Source of the DNA: Octopus sinensis
Taxonomy: Eukaryota
Direction: 5' to 3'
Length of the DNA: 64,000 bases
Assembly (NCBI RefSeq): GCF_006345805.1
Contig: NC_043002.1
Coordinates: forward strand, 24,738,001 to 24,802,000
Shown: positions 1 to 12,620 of the stretch, in pieces
How positions within the stretch are numbered: the stretch's first letter is position 1
Layout: every line of letters starts with the position of its first letter
Position numbers and translations under genes: made by a program
Notes under the pieces: generated by a model
Told to the model about the DNA's origin: nothing
The model's database searches: none
Seen by the model: only the letters and a program-made list of their open reading frames with translations

Positions 1-169
1 GGCTGACTTGGGCTAAGCAAAGCAAACATTTTTTAAAAATTTGTTTCTTTACTAAGAGAGTGGTTAGTGCTTCTGAGATGAGAGGCACAGTTAATATTCA
101 GTTAGAATATCTAGGCAAATGGTTTGAGAAAAATGTGAGCTATGTGAGTTAACAAAGGAACTTCTACTA

Positions 170-360
170 GCTTACTAAACCAGCTACAACTAGCAGCCAA
201 ATCTTCCTCAAACTACAACCTATCTTAAGAGAAAAGGACCCACTAGATAATAAAGTAGTTTTAGATATGCTGTGCCTGATAAAAAAAAAAAAGATGGGCA
301 TGGCTAGAGCCTCTTTGATTATAGACTTCCTTGATCAGGGTTGATCTGAGCTAAAACAAC
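170..360 (-). repeat. Dispersed repeat family D (core GAGATTTGGCTGCTATTTCTAGCAGG), one copy
   Basis: Degenerate reverse copy of a motif that recurs across the window (e.g. near 6380, 13700, 23540, 26200, 33540, 42560, 49600, 56790). Class not determined. Confidence 0.55.
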
Positions 361-1749
361 AAACACTGAAATATAAATGAAGAGGTGTGTAGATGTATGG
401 CTAGTTGTGCTGTGAGATAGAGTAGAAATCTTTTCTTCTCCAACAAAAGACTGTTTAAAACATTAGTTTCCACTTCATCTCATGGAACACCAAAATAAAA
501 CTCTCCAGTTTTTATTCATCAGAAATGTTGTTGGACACAAATTCCCAATTCTTTTTTGCCACTGATAGCAATATAAAATTAAGAAACAGAATTCAGATTA
601 ATCTGCAGGATGCTGCTCATATAATTCAGTAACATCCTATAGAAATTAAAAACTTTCAAATTATAAATATTATACTTAACAAATATAAAGCAGCTGTTAG
701 TGTATAATTATAAAACTTTCAATCCCAATGAACAGATTTGTTAGTACAAATTTAAAAGAGGATTTTAATAAGTATCATCATTCTAAGGTATTTTATGGGA
801 CAAGGAATGTAGCATCTAGAAGGAACAACAAGGATTTTTAATAAAAAGATCCTGAGTTTTGAACTGTGATGGTATGTGGTCTAATATGGTAAGCAAGTTG
901 TGTTCCATAACCACCAGCCAAATTGCTGTGAGAGAAATGACATTTTCAATACTTTGGTCAGAGGTCATTTTCAAAGTAAAGATGACAGGAGAGAAAAAGG
1001 AAAGACAATCAATTTCAGAAACAGAGGACATAAAATATTAAAGTTGGACAGCCTTCTCTCCATGGCAATTATACTATACTTTTTCTGTTGCTTTATATAC
1101 ATAAATTATAGGCATCACTTGTGAGTATGACCTGGTAACATGTGCCATCCTTAATTGTTATAGGTGCCTGTGTAGTTACAAACAGACACAGGCACTCTCA
1201 GTTTCTCCTTGACAGCTGGAGGGAGAAAGGGTACCCATTTTTAACTGAGGAGACTGAAGCAATGTGAAATATATGCTTTGCTCAAAGATACAACTCACTT
1301 CTTAGTCCATGAATCAAACTCATATCATTATGAAAGTGGGCCTAACATCCTAATCCCTGGGCTATGTGCCTTCACTTAAAATCTATACCAGAGAGAGTGT
1401 GTGTTAAGACAACATGTTCATGCTTAAGTTGTAAATAAATTTATATGTGTACATTTAATAAGCATACATTTGTGTTCATACATAAATTGACAGTAAACTC
1501 TATGGTAAATCTCCAAGGCTCTGCAGACTAGAACAAAGAACAAACTTGAGATTTGTTGATTGTTGTCACCTCGTCAGGAGTATTGCATTCATCCAATCTA
1601 CAGAAACTTTGTATTGATGGGAGTTTTGCCACTGGGTTGACATTGGATTGCTGGTGTGGCTGTAGAATAAGAAACATAAACTGAACTATGAGAATATGTA
1701 CTAATGAATTACTTGAAAAAATAAGGTATAATGGCTTACCGTGTGGTTG

Positions 1750-2395
1750 GTGGAAGTAATTGGAGAATATGCTTTGATACTTAAGTCCATGCAGGAAACT
1801 GCTTTCTTGATGTAGTCTTAGGCTTTGTTGGCATTATGCTGAAGTGGTATCCGTCTTCACCATTCACAAAGAGCAGTGGATGCTGGAGCACATTGTAGGA
1901 TGTAGGAATTCCTACAAAACCTCATAGTAAACATTTGTGGAACAAATGCAAATAGATTTTTTTTTGCTTCCCACTCTATAGCAGCCAACATTTAATTGCT
2001 TGTGTGAGAAGCATGACTCTTCCAAGTGAAGTTCTATCACAGACAGTGTTTAACCCTGAGACTTATTGATAAACATTGCGAAGCTGATACGAATAGGAAA
2101 TTGCACTCTTCTGAAAGAAAAAGGAATTTCAGCTCCCAATTGAATGAGAGGAATTCTGGGTATGAAAACATCCTCTTCTTTTTCACATCCAAAGAGAATG
2201 GTGGCCTCAATAACATGTGACATCATCTTCTTTACCACCAGGTGTGTCCCATTGCAAAGTGTTGATGAATCCAAATTCCTCAATAACATTACTTGAGTTC
2301 CCATTTTAAGTTTCAATCAGTGGGGAAGCTCCAATGAATTGAGAAATTCTGTTAGATCTGGGATTATATCAACTGACTTGTAGGTGTGAGGACTT
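1750..2395 (-). mobile_element. Helitron RepHel remnant (PIF1-type helicase C-terminus plus Rep-region fragment)
   Basis: Minus-strand peptides EFLNSLELP, LKMGTQVMLLRNLDSSTLCNGTHLVVKK...FPIRISFAMFINKSQG, LEESCFSHKQLNVGC and TNVYYEVL* (stop 1912-1914), then SYNVLQHPLLFVNGEDGYHF and KAVSCMD. Contains stops and frameshifts. Confidence 0.88.
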
Positions 2396-2786
2396 CCAGG
2401 AAGGTGCTGCAGCAGCTGTGCAATAATTTTACTTACAGTGCTGTCTTTTGGAGCCAGTATTGCTCTTTCACACTGTCAATTGAAATTGTGACAATTTTTT
2501 GATCAATAGATGTAAAGGAGACAGCAATTTATGAGTTAGTTTACAAAGAGTTACCTCCCTTCTCCATGTAACCCAGGAAAGGGTATTTTCTGCTCCCAGA
2601 GGGCTCGTTACTCATTATGTGAAATATTTTAAGAGTCCAAAACCACCTCTGGAACGTAAGTAATATATGTTCCCAATTTGGAGAAAATCATTTGTGAACT
2701 TCAGAAGTTATGCATGTTTACACACACACACACACACACACAACCTCACTTTTATATACATATAGATATCTCATATATACATATAC

Positions 2787-2945
2787 TCTGTAAGGTGGTT
2801 GGCATTAGGAAGGGTATCTGGCTGAAAAAAATATGCCAAAACTGACAGTGAAGCCTGGTGCAGTCTTCTGGCTTGCCAGCTCCTGTCCAACCCATGCCAG
2901 CATAGAAAATGGACATTAAATAATGATGACAGCGATGATAATGAT
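2787..2945 (+). mobile_element. SINE/LINE 3' tail fragment (family C, ...GGACRTTAAATGATGATG)
   Basis: GGTTGGCATTAGGAAGGG...CCAACCCATGCCAGCATAGAAAATGGACATTAAATAATGATG; other copies near 5305-5480, 23075-23308, 57108-57300 (-) and 63120-63300 (-). Confidence 0.7.
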
Positions 2946-3479
2946 ATGCATATTGTCTTGATTAAATGTGCATAGTGCAGCAGGTAGCAATTTGTTTATG
3001 CCATGCTGTTTGAAATACATTCTTTGTGTTTTTTCTAATATACTCTGTGGTTAATATACTGAATATATTCAGTACTTGGAATTTGGATTTACAGCTGTGA
3101 CATCACAGAAAGTGAAATAAAAATCTATGTGGCCTTAACTGAACAATTGTAATAGTCGGGTACAATCTCCACAGAGTGCTTAAAGAGGAATTCACCTGGA
3201 TTTTTTAGACCCAGCTATCATCAGAAAAATCTGAAAGGGATAGTATAATGTGGGCTCCTTGCCACTGGAAATGTGAAAAAATTACATCCAGTTTGCAGGT
3301 CCTACAGCTCTTGAAAAAAATGGAACAAAATCATCCTGGTCAAAACCCAAGGAGGAAAATACTTTAATTCATTGGAGTTATACCCCTTGGATTGGGAGCA
3401 AAATGGGTTACCAAAGTATATGAGATATCTGCCAGTAGGGTGGAAGATGAAAAAGAGCTGGTTTAACACTAGGCTGGTA

Positions 3480-3590
3480 CTCACTTACAGCATACTAGCT
3501 TGGAGCAACATGAAACGAAGTGCACTGCTCAAGGACACAATATGCTTCCCAGTCCAGGAATTGAACCCATGACCTAACCACTAGGCTACA
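3480..3590 (-). mobile_element. tRNA-derived SINE 5' part with CORE-like segment
   Basis: Minus strand GTGTAGCCTAGTGGTTAGG...GGTTCAATTCC (A/B-box-like) then GTGTCCTTGAGCAG; related copy at about 37905-38108. Confidence 0.55.
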
Positions 3591-4088
3591 CATATATATT
3601 TATACACACACACACACACATAGAAAAATGTATCTGATGAATGTAATAAATGTAGCAGCAATTATTCGTTTACTCAAAGCTGGTTTCACTGTTTATATTT
3701 TGAATATATACATATGTTTGTGTGTTTGTGTGTGTGTGTGTACATTTTCTCCAGGTGATTGTATGATTGTAGTGACCCAGAATAGGAAAGAACTTAATGC
3801 AACAAAGTAAGGACAGTTGGCATTTATTGTCTTCTCACATCAAGCCCAGATATTACAACTCATGTCTCCTCAGAGAAGGCAAGTAAATTAGTTTTATTTC
3901 ATTCTTTAATTTTTTTATTGTTGTTACCAACCACTGTTTCAACTTTCTTCTAGTTTTTAATAGACTACATATCCCCCGTTTACTTGTCTTCTGTGAGGAG
4001 AAAAGAGCTGCAGCATCTGGCCACTTTGTACAGAGACAATAAACACCAAATATATGCATGTATAGTTACCATTTATATCACTCACTCT

Positions 4089-4092
<4 letters not shown>

Positions 4093-4140
<48 letters not shown>
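4093..4140. repeat. (TA)n microsatellite
   Basis: Pure TA run. Confidence 0.95.
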
Positions 4141-4142
<2 letters not shown>

Positions 4143-4169
4143 TTGGAAAAGGATGCATGGCGTTTGATC

Positions 4170-4900
4170 ATATAATAATAATATAAATAATATATAAATA
4201 TATGCATATATACATACATATATGTACATACCTACATCTATATGTATATATGGGTACAGGACATCAAAAACAATGTTGAACACAATGAGAAATGAAAACA
4301 AAAACAAAAACATAGAAACGAACTTTTTTTCAAACAATGAAAAAAACAGAGTACAAGACATACAACACAAGGAATATTCCCCTTCTACAGTTGTCCCCGT
4401 TTCATCTACTCTGTGTTTCGAGTGTAAGGACAAGAAACGACTTCGTTGAAACAGTCCTTCCCGCAAAGCAAATTAAATAAAATTTGAGATTTTTTGCGTA
4501 AAAGTGGTAACAAGAACAGGACAGTAAGAACAAAACAAGACTGTAAAAACATTATAAGACAGAACAATGAGAATAAAACAGTAAAAAAAAACGATGAGAG
4601 CTGTTAAGCCAAGATGATGGAAAAATCATTCTGAACGCTTAAGGAGACAGCTTATGAAAGAGACAGGATAAGCTGGTCTGGTCTTGGTGAAGATAGCAGT
4701 TGGAAAGATGGCTTCCCTCTGATCCCATGTCAGTGACGAGAGAGTCAAGGAGGAGGAGTAAGAGAGAGGGAACGGTGAAGGGGAAAGGAGAAGAATAGGG
4801 AAGGGTGGGAGAGAAAACCAGAAAGGATGAAGAACAAGAGAGGGAGAGTGAAAGACAGAGAAGAAATAGTAAAAGAGAAGAGTGTGCATCATAATTAAAG
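4170..4900. mobile_element. Diverged copy of the (TA)-associated element at 15511-16381 (possibly Penelope-like)
   Basis: Shares TATGTACATACCTAC...GTACAGGAC, CCCCTTCT.CAG..GTTTCATCTACT...GTTTCG and a GA-rich tail with 15511-16381; lies beside a (TA)n tract. Confidence 0.55.
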
Positions 4901-5784
4901 GTATATAAATGGCACAAGAGGTATGTATAGGATATAACTGCAGAAACCAAATTAAAAACTATGGTGATGTTTTTGATATACTGTGAACCAAGAAAATAGC
5001 CTTAGGCAGAGTGTTGTATAATCAGCATTTTAAATCAGAGTATTTTGTTGAAGCTAAAATTTTATAAAAATTATGATGGAAGGTTTTAAGTGGTTTTGTA
5101 TCACACAATCAGAAGCAGCCTCAGACAGGTTACATGAAGGGCTCTCACGCCCTTTTTCTTAATCCTATTACTAATAATTTCCCTCCCCTCTGTCCCCTGC
5201 CATACTCCCCATCCTTCCCTCTTACCATCTCTCCATCCAGGATCATTGCCCACTCTCCCTTCTGGTCTCCCTCAGTTATAGGGGTCTACTTTAAGTGATC
5301 ATGACTAGTGCTGGTGCCATGAAAATAAGCATCTAATACTCTGTAAAGTGGTTGGTGTTAGAAAGGGCATCAAGCCATAGAAACCATGTCAAAATAGAAA
5401 TTGGTGCATGATGTAGTCCTTTGACTCATTGGACCCTGTCAAACTTTTCAACCTATGTTAGCATGGAAGCTAATTGATGACAATACTGTTAATCATACTG
5501 CAGTCATTTCCACTTTATTTTATTATATTAAGTACTCATCTATGAAGTGCATATGACCAAGAATATATGTTTTGCTTATAACCATCTGCATTGTCACTTC
5601 TCAATTCAAAGTTAATCTAACAATTACTTAACTTTCTGATTGGTTTGCAGAAGTTTATATTTATGCAAATCTCCAGGCCAAGGTGCACTCACCACTCATT
5701 GGAACACAACTGCCATTCACACCAATTTAATCACCTCTATATTTCATGTAACTCTTTCTGGGACCTCAAAATACTTGTACATAC

Positions 5785-6177
5785 TCTCTCTTTTACTTGT
5801 TTCAGTCATTTGACTGCGGCCATGCTGGAGCACCGCCTTTAGTCGAGCAAATCGACCCCAGGACTTATTCTTTGTAAGCTCAGTACTTATTCTATCGGTC
5901 TCTTTTGCCGAACCGCTAAGTGACGGGGACGTAAACACACCAGCATAGGTTGTCAAGCAATGATAAGGGGACAAACACAGACACACAAACATATACACAC
6001 ACACTTATATATATACGACAGGCTTCTTTCAGTTTCCGTCAACCAAATCCACTCACAAGGCATTGGTCGGCCTGGGGCTATAGCAGAAGACACTTGCCCA
6101 AGTTGCCACGCAGTGGGACTGAACCCGGAACCATGTGGTTGGTTAGCAAGCTACTTACCACACAGCCACTCCTGCGC
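5785..6177 (-). mobile_element. Full-length tRNA-derived SINE (family A)
   Basis: Head GCAGGAGTGGCTGTGTGGTAAG...GGTTCAGTCC, internal CA/TA tract, tail GGCGGTGCTCCAGCATGGCCGCAGTCAAATGACTGAAACAAGTAAAAGAG; partial copies at about 14520-14720 and 36960-37310. Confidence 0.85.
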
Positions 6178-7162
6178 ATATTAGTGTTGGCATTATTTTA
6201 CCAAAGCAGAACATTGGATAATAGTTGTTATTTAGTTCCATGCCAGCTTTGACTGAACAAATTTACAATCAAACCTGTTTCAGCCAAAACACACCATCCT
6301 TTTCTCAGGCATTATGTATCTAAAACTATATTAGCCTGTGTGCTCCCTACCTTTTTTAAGATAACAAGGTGTAATATGAGGGAGATTTGGCTGCAATTTG
6401 TAACATGTCGAGCAATCATATAGAGACTACTTCATTGGTATGTTAGCTTGGTTTGTACTATACAAACTGTACAGTGATGTAGTAACATTGATTTCCTTAA
6501 CAATTGTAGACATGTGATAACAAACATAAATGTGATAAATAATTTTAATCAGAGAATGCAGACAACCAGCCACTGGGTTTTTTTTTAATTTGAAAATATT
6601 GGTTTCTACATTTCATTGCACCTTTACATCACACTGAAATAGAGAGAGACCATATTGCCTTAATTTTTAATATCCCTTACAGCCAACACGTATATTGATG
6701 GATTCAACAACTAATATAATCCAGTAAATTGTCAACTTCATAACTCTCAGAAATTAATATTTCATTTCAGATTTATCCACCAACTCTAAGAGGTAAGCAT
6801 ATACAATATGCTAGAAGTATTTGGAAATGTAACATTTAATCAAGAAATAATTAACAACCTTATTAAGAAATATACTCAAGAATTGTTACTGAATAAGATA
6901 TTGCAAAAAAATAAACTGATAGTCAAAACAAGTACTATTGCTGTCACCTAATTGTGTATAACAGAGAGGATAACATGATAAGCTAGAAACATTATATATG
7001 TTTTAGTAACCCAGCCGGATGGTAAGATGAAGAATCATGCTGTGGTTTACTTACAAACATTACTTTGATGAGATTTCACTTGACAGGTATGATGTTCATT
7101 ATCATACCAAATAAAAATTTCCCAACATTTTTTAAATGTATTTATAATAATTGGCTTCTTCT

Positions 7163-7182
7163 ATAATAACAACAACAACAAC

Positions 7183-7253
<71 letters not shown>
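7163..7253. repeat. (AAC)n(AAT)n microsatellite just 3' of ZNF gene 1
   Basis: Direct reading of the sequence. Confidence 0.95.
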
Positions 7254-7254
<1 letters not shown>

Positions 7255-7347
7255 CATCAAGAAACAATTTTAAGAAAAATTTCATAAAACTCAAAGATAG
7301 ATTTTCTTGCAAGTCCATTTAATTTTATTTCTTTTTAAGAAACATTT

Positions 7348-8538
7348 TCACGAATTTTCTGTGTGAATAGGTTTATGACGTAATAAATTTCTGTTCCTAG
7401 AAAATGCTTCACCACAAATTTCACACTGGTATGGTTTTTCTCCAGTGTGAATACGTATATGGTCTGATAAATGACTGCTAGTAGAAAAAGCTTTGTCACA
7501 AATTTCACACTGGTAAGGTTTTTCCCCAGTGTGTATACGTGTATGATCTGCTAAGTGGTCCTTTCTATAAAATGTTTTCTCACAAATCTGACACTGGTAT
7601 GGTCTTTCTCCAGTGTGAATACGTCTGTGTTCTGCTAAGTGGGATTTTCTATGAAATGCTTTCTCACAAAATTCGCACTGATATGGTTTTTCTCCAGTAT
7701 GAGAACGTTTATGACGAGATAAGTTAGAATTTCGAGAAAATGCTTTTCCACAAACGTCACAATGATACGGTTTTTCTCCAGTGTGGAGACGTTTATGAGC
7801 TGCCAAATTACTGCTGTGAGAAAATGCTTTGCCACAGATTTCACAATGGTATTCCTTAGATGTGTGTGTAAGTCTATGACATTTCATATAAGCCTTTCGT
7901 GAGAAACATTTCCCACAGATATCACACTTATATGGTCTTTCTGTTGAGTGAATAATTTTATGGTATGTCAATCTTATCTTTTTGGGAAAAGTTTTTCCAC
8001 AAATATCACAGGAATATGGCTGAGTCCCTCTGTGAATAAATTTATGAACAGATAACTGACTTTTTACATAAAATGATTTTCCACAGAATTCACAATGATA
8101 TCGTGTTCTCCCAGCATGCTTATCTTTATGAAATACTAAAAGTCTTTTACGTGAGAAGCCTTTCCCACAGATATCACATCGAAATGGTTTTATATGAATA
8201 TGACTATGATCTGATAAAATGCTGCTGCTTGAGAATGATTTACCACAGACATCACAATGGTAGGGTTTTTCTCCAGTATGAATATGTATATGAGCTCTTA
8301 ATCCACTGTTATACGAAAATGCCTTACCACAAATATCACAGCGGTATCGTTTTTCTCCAGTGTGACTAACCTGGTGTCGTGATACACTGCTCCTGGTTGA
8401 AAAAGCTTTCCCGCATGTGTCGCACTGGAATGGTTTTGCTGCTGTGTGAGTTCGTTTATGAGAAGTTAAATTAGCATTACTAGTAAACAGTTCCCCACAA
8501 ACATCACATCTGTATGGTTTCTCTTCAGTCTCAAACAT
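7348..8538 (-). CDS. C2H2 zinc-finger protein, cluster gene 1 (396 aa, 14 fingers, no effector domain)
   Basis: ATG at 8538; 14 CxxC-x12-HxxxH units, mostly TGEKPY linkers; in-frame stop upstream of the ATG. Confidence 0.95.
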   Translation of the reverse strand: MFETEEKPYRCDVCGELFTSNANLTSHKRTHTAAKPFQCDTCGKAFSTRSSVSRHQVSHTGEKRYRCDICGKAFSYNSGLRAHIHIHTGEKPYHCDVCGKSFSSSSILSDHSHIHIKPFRCDICGKGFSRKRLLVFHKDKHAGRTRYHCEFCGKSFYVKSQLSVHKFIHRGTQPYSCDICGKTFPKKIRLTYHKIIHSTERPYKCDICGKCFSRKAYMKCHRLTHTSKEYHCEICGKAFSHSSNLAAHKRLHTGEKPYHCDVCGKAFSRNSNLSRHKRSHTGEKPYQCEFCEKAFHRKSHLAEHRRIHTGERPYQCQICEKTFYRKDHLADHTRIHTGEKPYQCEICDKAFSTSSHLSDHIRIHTGEKPYQCEICGEAFSRNRNLLRHKPIHTENS

Positions 8539-8918
8539 TATTGAAATGATACAGCTTTAACAGACAATTGTTTCTCTGTTTTTGTACCATGAAGACAATT
8601 GCATTAGAATAAATGTTTCTTCCAGTAAACTCTCCTGAGGTATTAAATCTCTTCAAGTGTATCGGTTGATTTTGAATTTGCAATGTCCTTAAAGAAACGA
8701 TCCTTTGGTCAGCTCTTTTACCTCCATGAAACAGTTTGTGTCAACCGAATTTGAAATTGAAAGTGTTCTCACCAATATTAATCATATTACAACTAATTTT
8801 CTCTTTAAATATGATTATTATCTTCAGAGACTAATAAATACCAAACACAGGTTATTGCAGCTAACACAGTTGGCTGTTGGTCTCTTCTTGTAGAATTCTT
8901 TTATTCAACATTGCTGCC
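8539..8918 (-). other. Predicted 5'UTR portion of exon 2, ZNF gene 1
   Basis: Acceptor TTTCTTTACTTTCAG|GGCAGCAATG at 8919/8918, homologous to the acceptors of genes 2-5. Confidence 0.6.
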
Positions 8919-9004
8919 CTGAAAGTAAAGAAACCAAATCTTAGTTAAGAACTATCAATGAAATGTATAATTAGTGATGGTATTATGTATCAACATAATA
9001 ATCA

Positions 9005-9390
9005 TTTAATGTCCACTTTTCCAGCTGACATGGGTTAAATAGAATTTGTTGAGGTACATTTTCTATAGCGAGATACTCTTCCTGTCATCAACCTTCACCT
9101 GATTCCAAGCAAGACATGCTTTCCACAGAAGACTGGAAATGAACTACATTGCATGTATGATAGCAACACTGATTTACTACCATCACATAATATCAAGACA
9201 AGGGTACATACAAACACACACACATACCTATACATTTATATATATGATGGTTTTCTTTCAGTTTTCATCTACCAAATCCACTCAGATCACATTGGTCAAC
9301 GCAGGGCTATAATAGAAGACACTTGCCTAAGGTGCTGCACAGTGGGACTGAACAAGACCATGTGGTTGGGAACAAATTTCCCAACTCACT
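9005..9390 (-). mobile_element. Composite SINE (family A head + family C tail)
   Basis: tRNA-like head at about 9240-9390 and ATGAT-type tail at about 9005-9095; same family at 10181-10530 (+), 22570-22905, 30040-30450, 30615-30995 and 45890-46085 (all -). Confidence 0.65.
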
Positions 9391-10180
9391 GTGTAACAAA
9401 ATATTGTTGTTTTTTTTTTGTCTTTGGTCAATAAGTGTTATTTCCTATTTGCTTCTATCTAGAAATCAAAGAAAGTTACTATTATTCCATTAAACTTTGC
9501 TTGTGTGATCTGGACATCAATGTTTTGAAACTGACCTATTTTCCATTACATTTCAGACAGATTCAGTGCTGAGTTGCTGAAGCAGAAATATCATTAAAGC
9601 AAATATCCTGCTCAATACCACAGATTTGCTTGTCAGTTGCTTGACCTTAATGACTACAACATGCCCCTTAGTGGCTGACAATATGTGCATCTCTGATCAT
9701 GAGCAGGAGTAGTAGGGGAGCATCATAGCCATGTGTTCAGAGGGATTCTTTGGGGTTTGAATAAATGTAACAAAGGTAAAGTTTGAAGGAAATACTAGGC
9801 ATTTATCACACTTTCCAGGGGTAGCAAATAGGAAATAATAGTTGCTATCCAAGGACAAAAATCATGTCACACAGTGTTATACAGCCAATGCTTGTGTAAA
9901 TTATGTAAATTACATCATAACCAGCTGATAGTGATTTTTACAGACCTAAATGTCAAGTTGTCAAAACTGGCAATGTAATGTATAAAAACTATAACAGCCT
10001 TATTTGTAAAAATATTTAACAAGTAATGAAATCAGAAATAAGACAGGGTTGACAAGAAACTATATTATATGGTGCAGCCTTCACAACCACATAGTTCCAG
10101 GTTTGATCAACCCTTATCCTGTGAAAGGATTTTGAGAGACAGAAACTGTGCAGAAGCCCATTATGTGAATATATGGATAA

Positions 10181-10530
10181 GTGTGCAAGTGTTGCTGTGT
10201 GGGTGAAAAGTTTGCTTCCTAGCCGCATGGTTTCGGGTTCAGTCTTACTGTGTGGCATCTTGGGTAAGTGCCTTCTTCTATAGCTCTGGATCAACCAAAG
10301 CCTTGTGAATGGTGGGATAGTTGTAAATGAATGTCACTGTCATATAAGCAGTGTCATGCATTTCCAATATTCTGCAAGAACATGTTTGGCCATAAGGAAA
10401 TATTACTTTGCTTAGTAACAGTGAGAGTTGGTGACAGGAAGGGCATCCAGCAATAGAAAATCTGCCTCAAATAAACATCTAACCCATACAAAAATAGGAA
10501 AGTAGATATTAAAATGATAATGATGATGAA
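10181..10530 (+). mobile_element. Composite SINE (family A head + family C tail)
   Basis: GTGTTGCTGTGTGGGTGAAAAG...GGGTTCAGTC head; tail GACAGGAAGGGCATCCAGC...ATTAAAATGATAATGATGATG. Confidence 0.7.
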
Positions 10531-11049
10531 GTGAGTGTGTGTAGATATTTTTCATCAAGAGGCATAAACATCAGTAAGAAACCAAAAAAACAGTGCTGTT
10601 CAAACAAAGTTCTTTACAATATTTGTCCTGCACAATCACTATCAGAAATAGAGGTAATTTGTGATTGCTTTGTTGGAAACCTGTAACTATCACTGACACT
10701 AATGGTAACCAACTGCAATATGAAATGAAAAAAAAAATACCTCCATCTTCACAACTTACAACACAAAAATTATCAACACATTCATTTTACTTTATATATT
10801 CTCGTCGTTTATGTCAGTAAATATATTCATACAATATATACACTAGTTACTTAAGTCAATACATAAGCTAGAACTTTGTCAAATCTTTAGAACTGCCACT
10901 GAGCAAAATATATTTCCATTTCTCATCTCCTGGGTACTGCCAAGCAATATATTTTACTCCCATTACTATGTTCCATATTTCCATAATTCCCACTCTTGCC
11001 TCTCACTTTGTTTCCAGCTCCACCTATTACAGACACAAACCAAAACAGC

Positions 11050-11630
11050 TACTTCAATGAAGTTGTCTAATTGCTAGAAATGACACCCTAGTAATCTAGA
11101 AATAGGATGCACTGGGTAATGTAATTCTATCTGAATAAAAGACAAGATAGTCACAGCTGGGATATCTTTGTTATTAGGTTCATTCAATCAGAGTTAACCT
11201 GGAGCTAAACAACTGCATCAACATTACACAACTGGAGTTACTACATTGTCACTCGGTCCACTAGAAATACTAGCCAACTCTCCCTCAAATTACACCCAAC
11301 AATCTTGAAAAGAAAAGGACACATTGAATGATGTGGTCCTAGAGAGACAGTGTCACATTATCAAAGTAAAATATTGCATTTTAACTGTCAATATAAAATC
11401 TCAACAAACAGCTGTTTTTTTTTGTTTTTTTTATCTAAAGCCAACGAAAGAGCCTCTACATGGCTGCTAGATCTGTTAAAAATAACAAACAAAAATCATA
11501 GTTTACTATTTTAAAAATAGGAAGGACACTTTGGATAATGTAGATTTATACTGTTTGAAAATGATATCATAGAGTGCTTTGATCATAAGTATACTTGTTA
11601 AGAACTAACTTGGGACTAATCAACTACCAA
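11050..11630 (-). repeat. Three adjacent decayed family D copies
   Basis: Variants of CTAGAAATA.CAGCCAA.TCTCCCTCAAAT.ACACC and AAAGGACACATTG.AT.ATG repeated three times. Confidence 0.5.
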
Positions 11631-12436
11631 TCAACTACTGCAGTCTGCCAGGAAATTAAGTTATAATAGCATAATAGTGTGAAAAAGTTCATCTACAACT
11701 TCGAAAAGGTACTCAAAGGAAACTAAACTCTTCATTTCAGTAATTATAGAGTGTGTGCTGTCATGGCTTAACCACTACAAGACATTCAACATTTTAGCTG
11801 AGAAAAAAAATTTACAGAAATAGTGGGTAGGGTGTCAGCACTCTTGGAACCTTAAATTACAAAACTCTGAAAGGAGTGATTGTATCTGGTTTCCTGGTAT
11901 TAAATAGATAAAAAAAAGACATCTTTCCTTTGGAGAAAAACATATTCAATAGGACACATTATCAACTGATCTGGTATATGATCTTGAAATAGTGAAATAA
12001 ATTTATCTATGTAAAAAAAAAAGTATACTTTCTAAATACACAACATTCATCAGATTTGAACTCAACATCTTTACACTTACAATCCAATGTAACATTCACT
12101 GTGCCAGTTGATGTCTACTGTTAGGGATCTTTTTGACACTATGTCAGTAATATCTCAGCTGGCATAGTACATAACTTTTACTCTACTGAGGGTTCCAAGT
12201 TGAAGCTCACATAAACCTATAAGTTATAATTATCTCAAGAGAAACATGTGAAAAGGGTAGTATAAGCTTTAAGAGACGTCAGGTCCACTCTACCATCAAA
12301 TCAAGGTCTTCCTACTCTTTTTCTCTCAGCTATAACATGCATGAAAGACTCAACAAATAACGCTACATCCAGTTTACGTAAGAGAGAGCACTTGTCCACT
12401 ACATGATGCATCAATTATTTATTAAAAGAACATAAT

Positions 12437-12620
12437 ATTGGGTTGGCAAGAAAGTAATTTTGGTGTTTTAGTGTGAAATAAAAGTCATTTTTTTCATACA
12501 AAGAATGAACTTTAAATAATTATATATTTTCCATTTTGTTCGATGATCTTTTGCCATCTTTCTGGCAACTTCATGATTCTGCGCTCACAGATCTTCTGGT
12601 CCTTATCAGCCAAAAACTGA
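12437..12620 (-). mobile_element. mariner transposon 3' end remnant
   Basis: Terminus TA-TTGGGTTGGCAAGAAAGTAATT; minus-strand peptide FLADKDQKICERRIMKLPERWQKIIEQNGKYII resembles a mariner C-terminus. Confidence 0.7.

Noticed and set aside
816-1124. Short ORFs and possible exons of a gene left of the window
   Set aside because: No recognisable domain and no match to the conserved ZNF exon cassette.
3957-4466. Long low-complexity ORFs (YIYI, CVCV, poly-F/L/S), including 15805-16290, 26615-27221 and 36724-37023
   Set aside because: Produced by microsatellites and purine/pyrimidine tracts lacking stops.
6100-6177. tRNA genes at SINE heads (also near 50928 and 3560)
   Set aside because: A/B-box-like sequence continues into SINE body; no complete cloverleaf.
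7539-8369. Antisense and off-frame ORFs over the ZNF genes (also 24329-25048, 31364-32371, 55190-56423)
   Set aside because: Expected shadows of repetitive finger codons; no independent domain signal.
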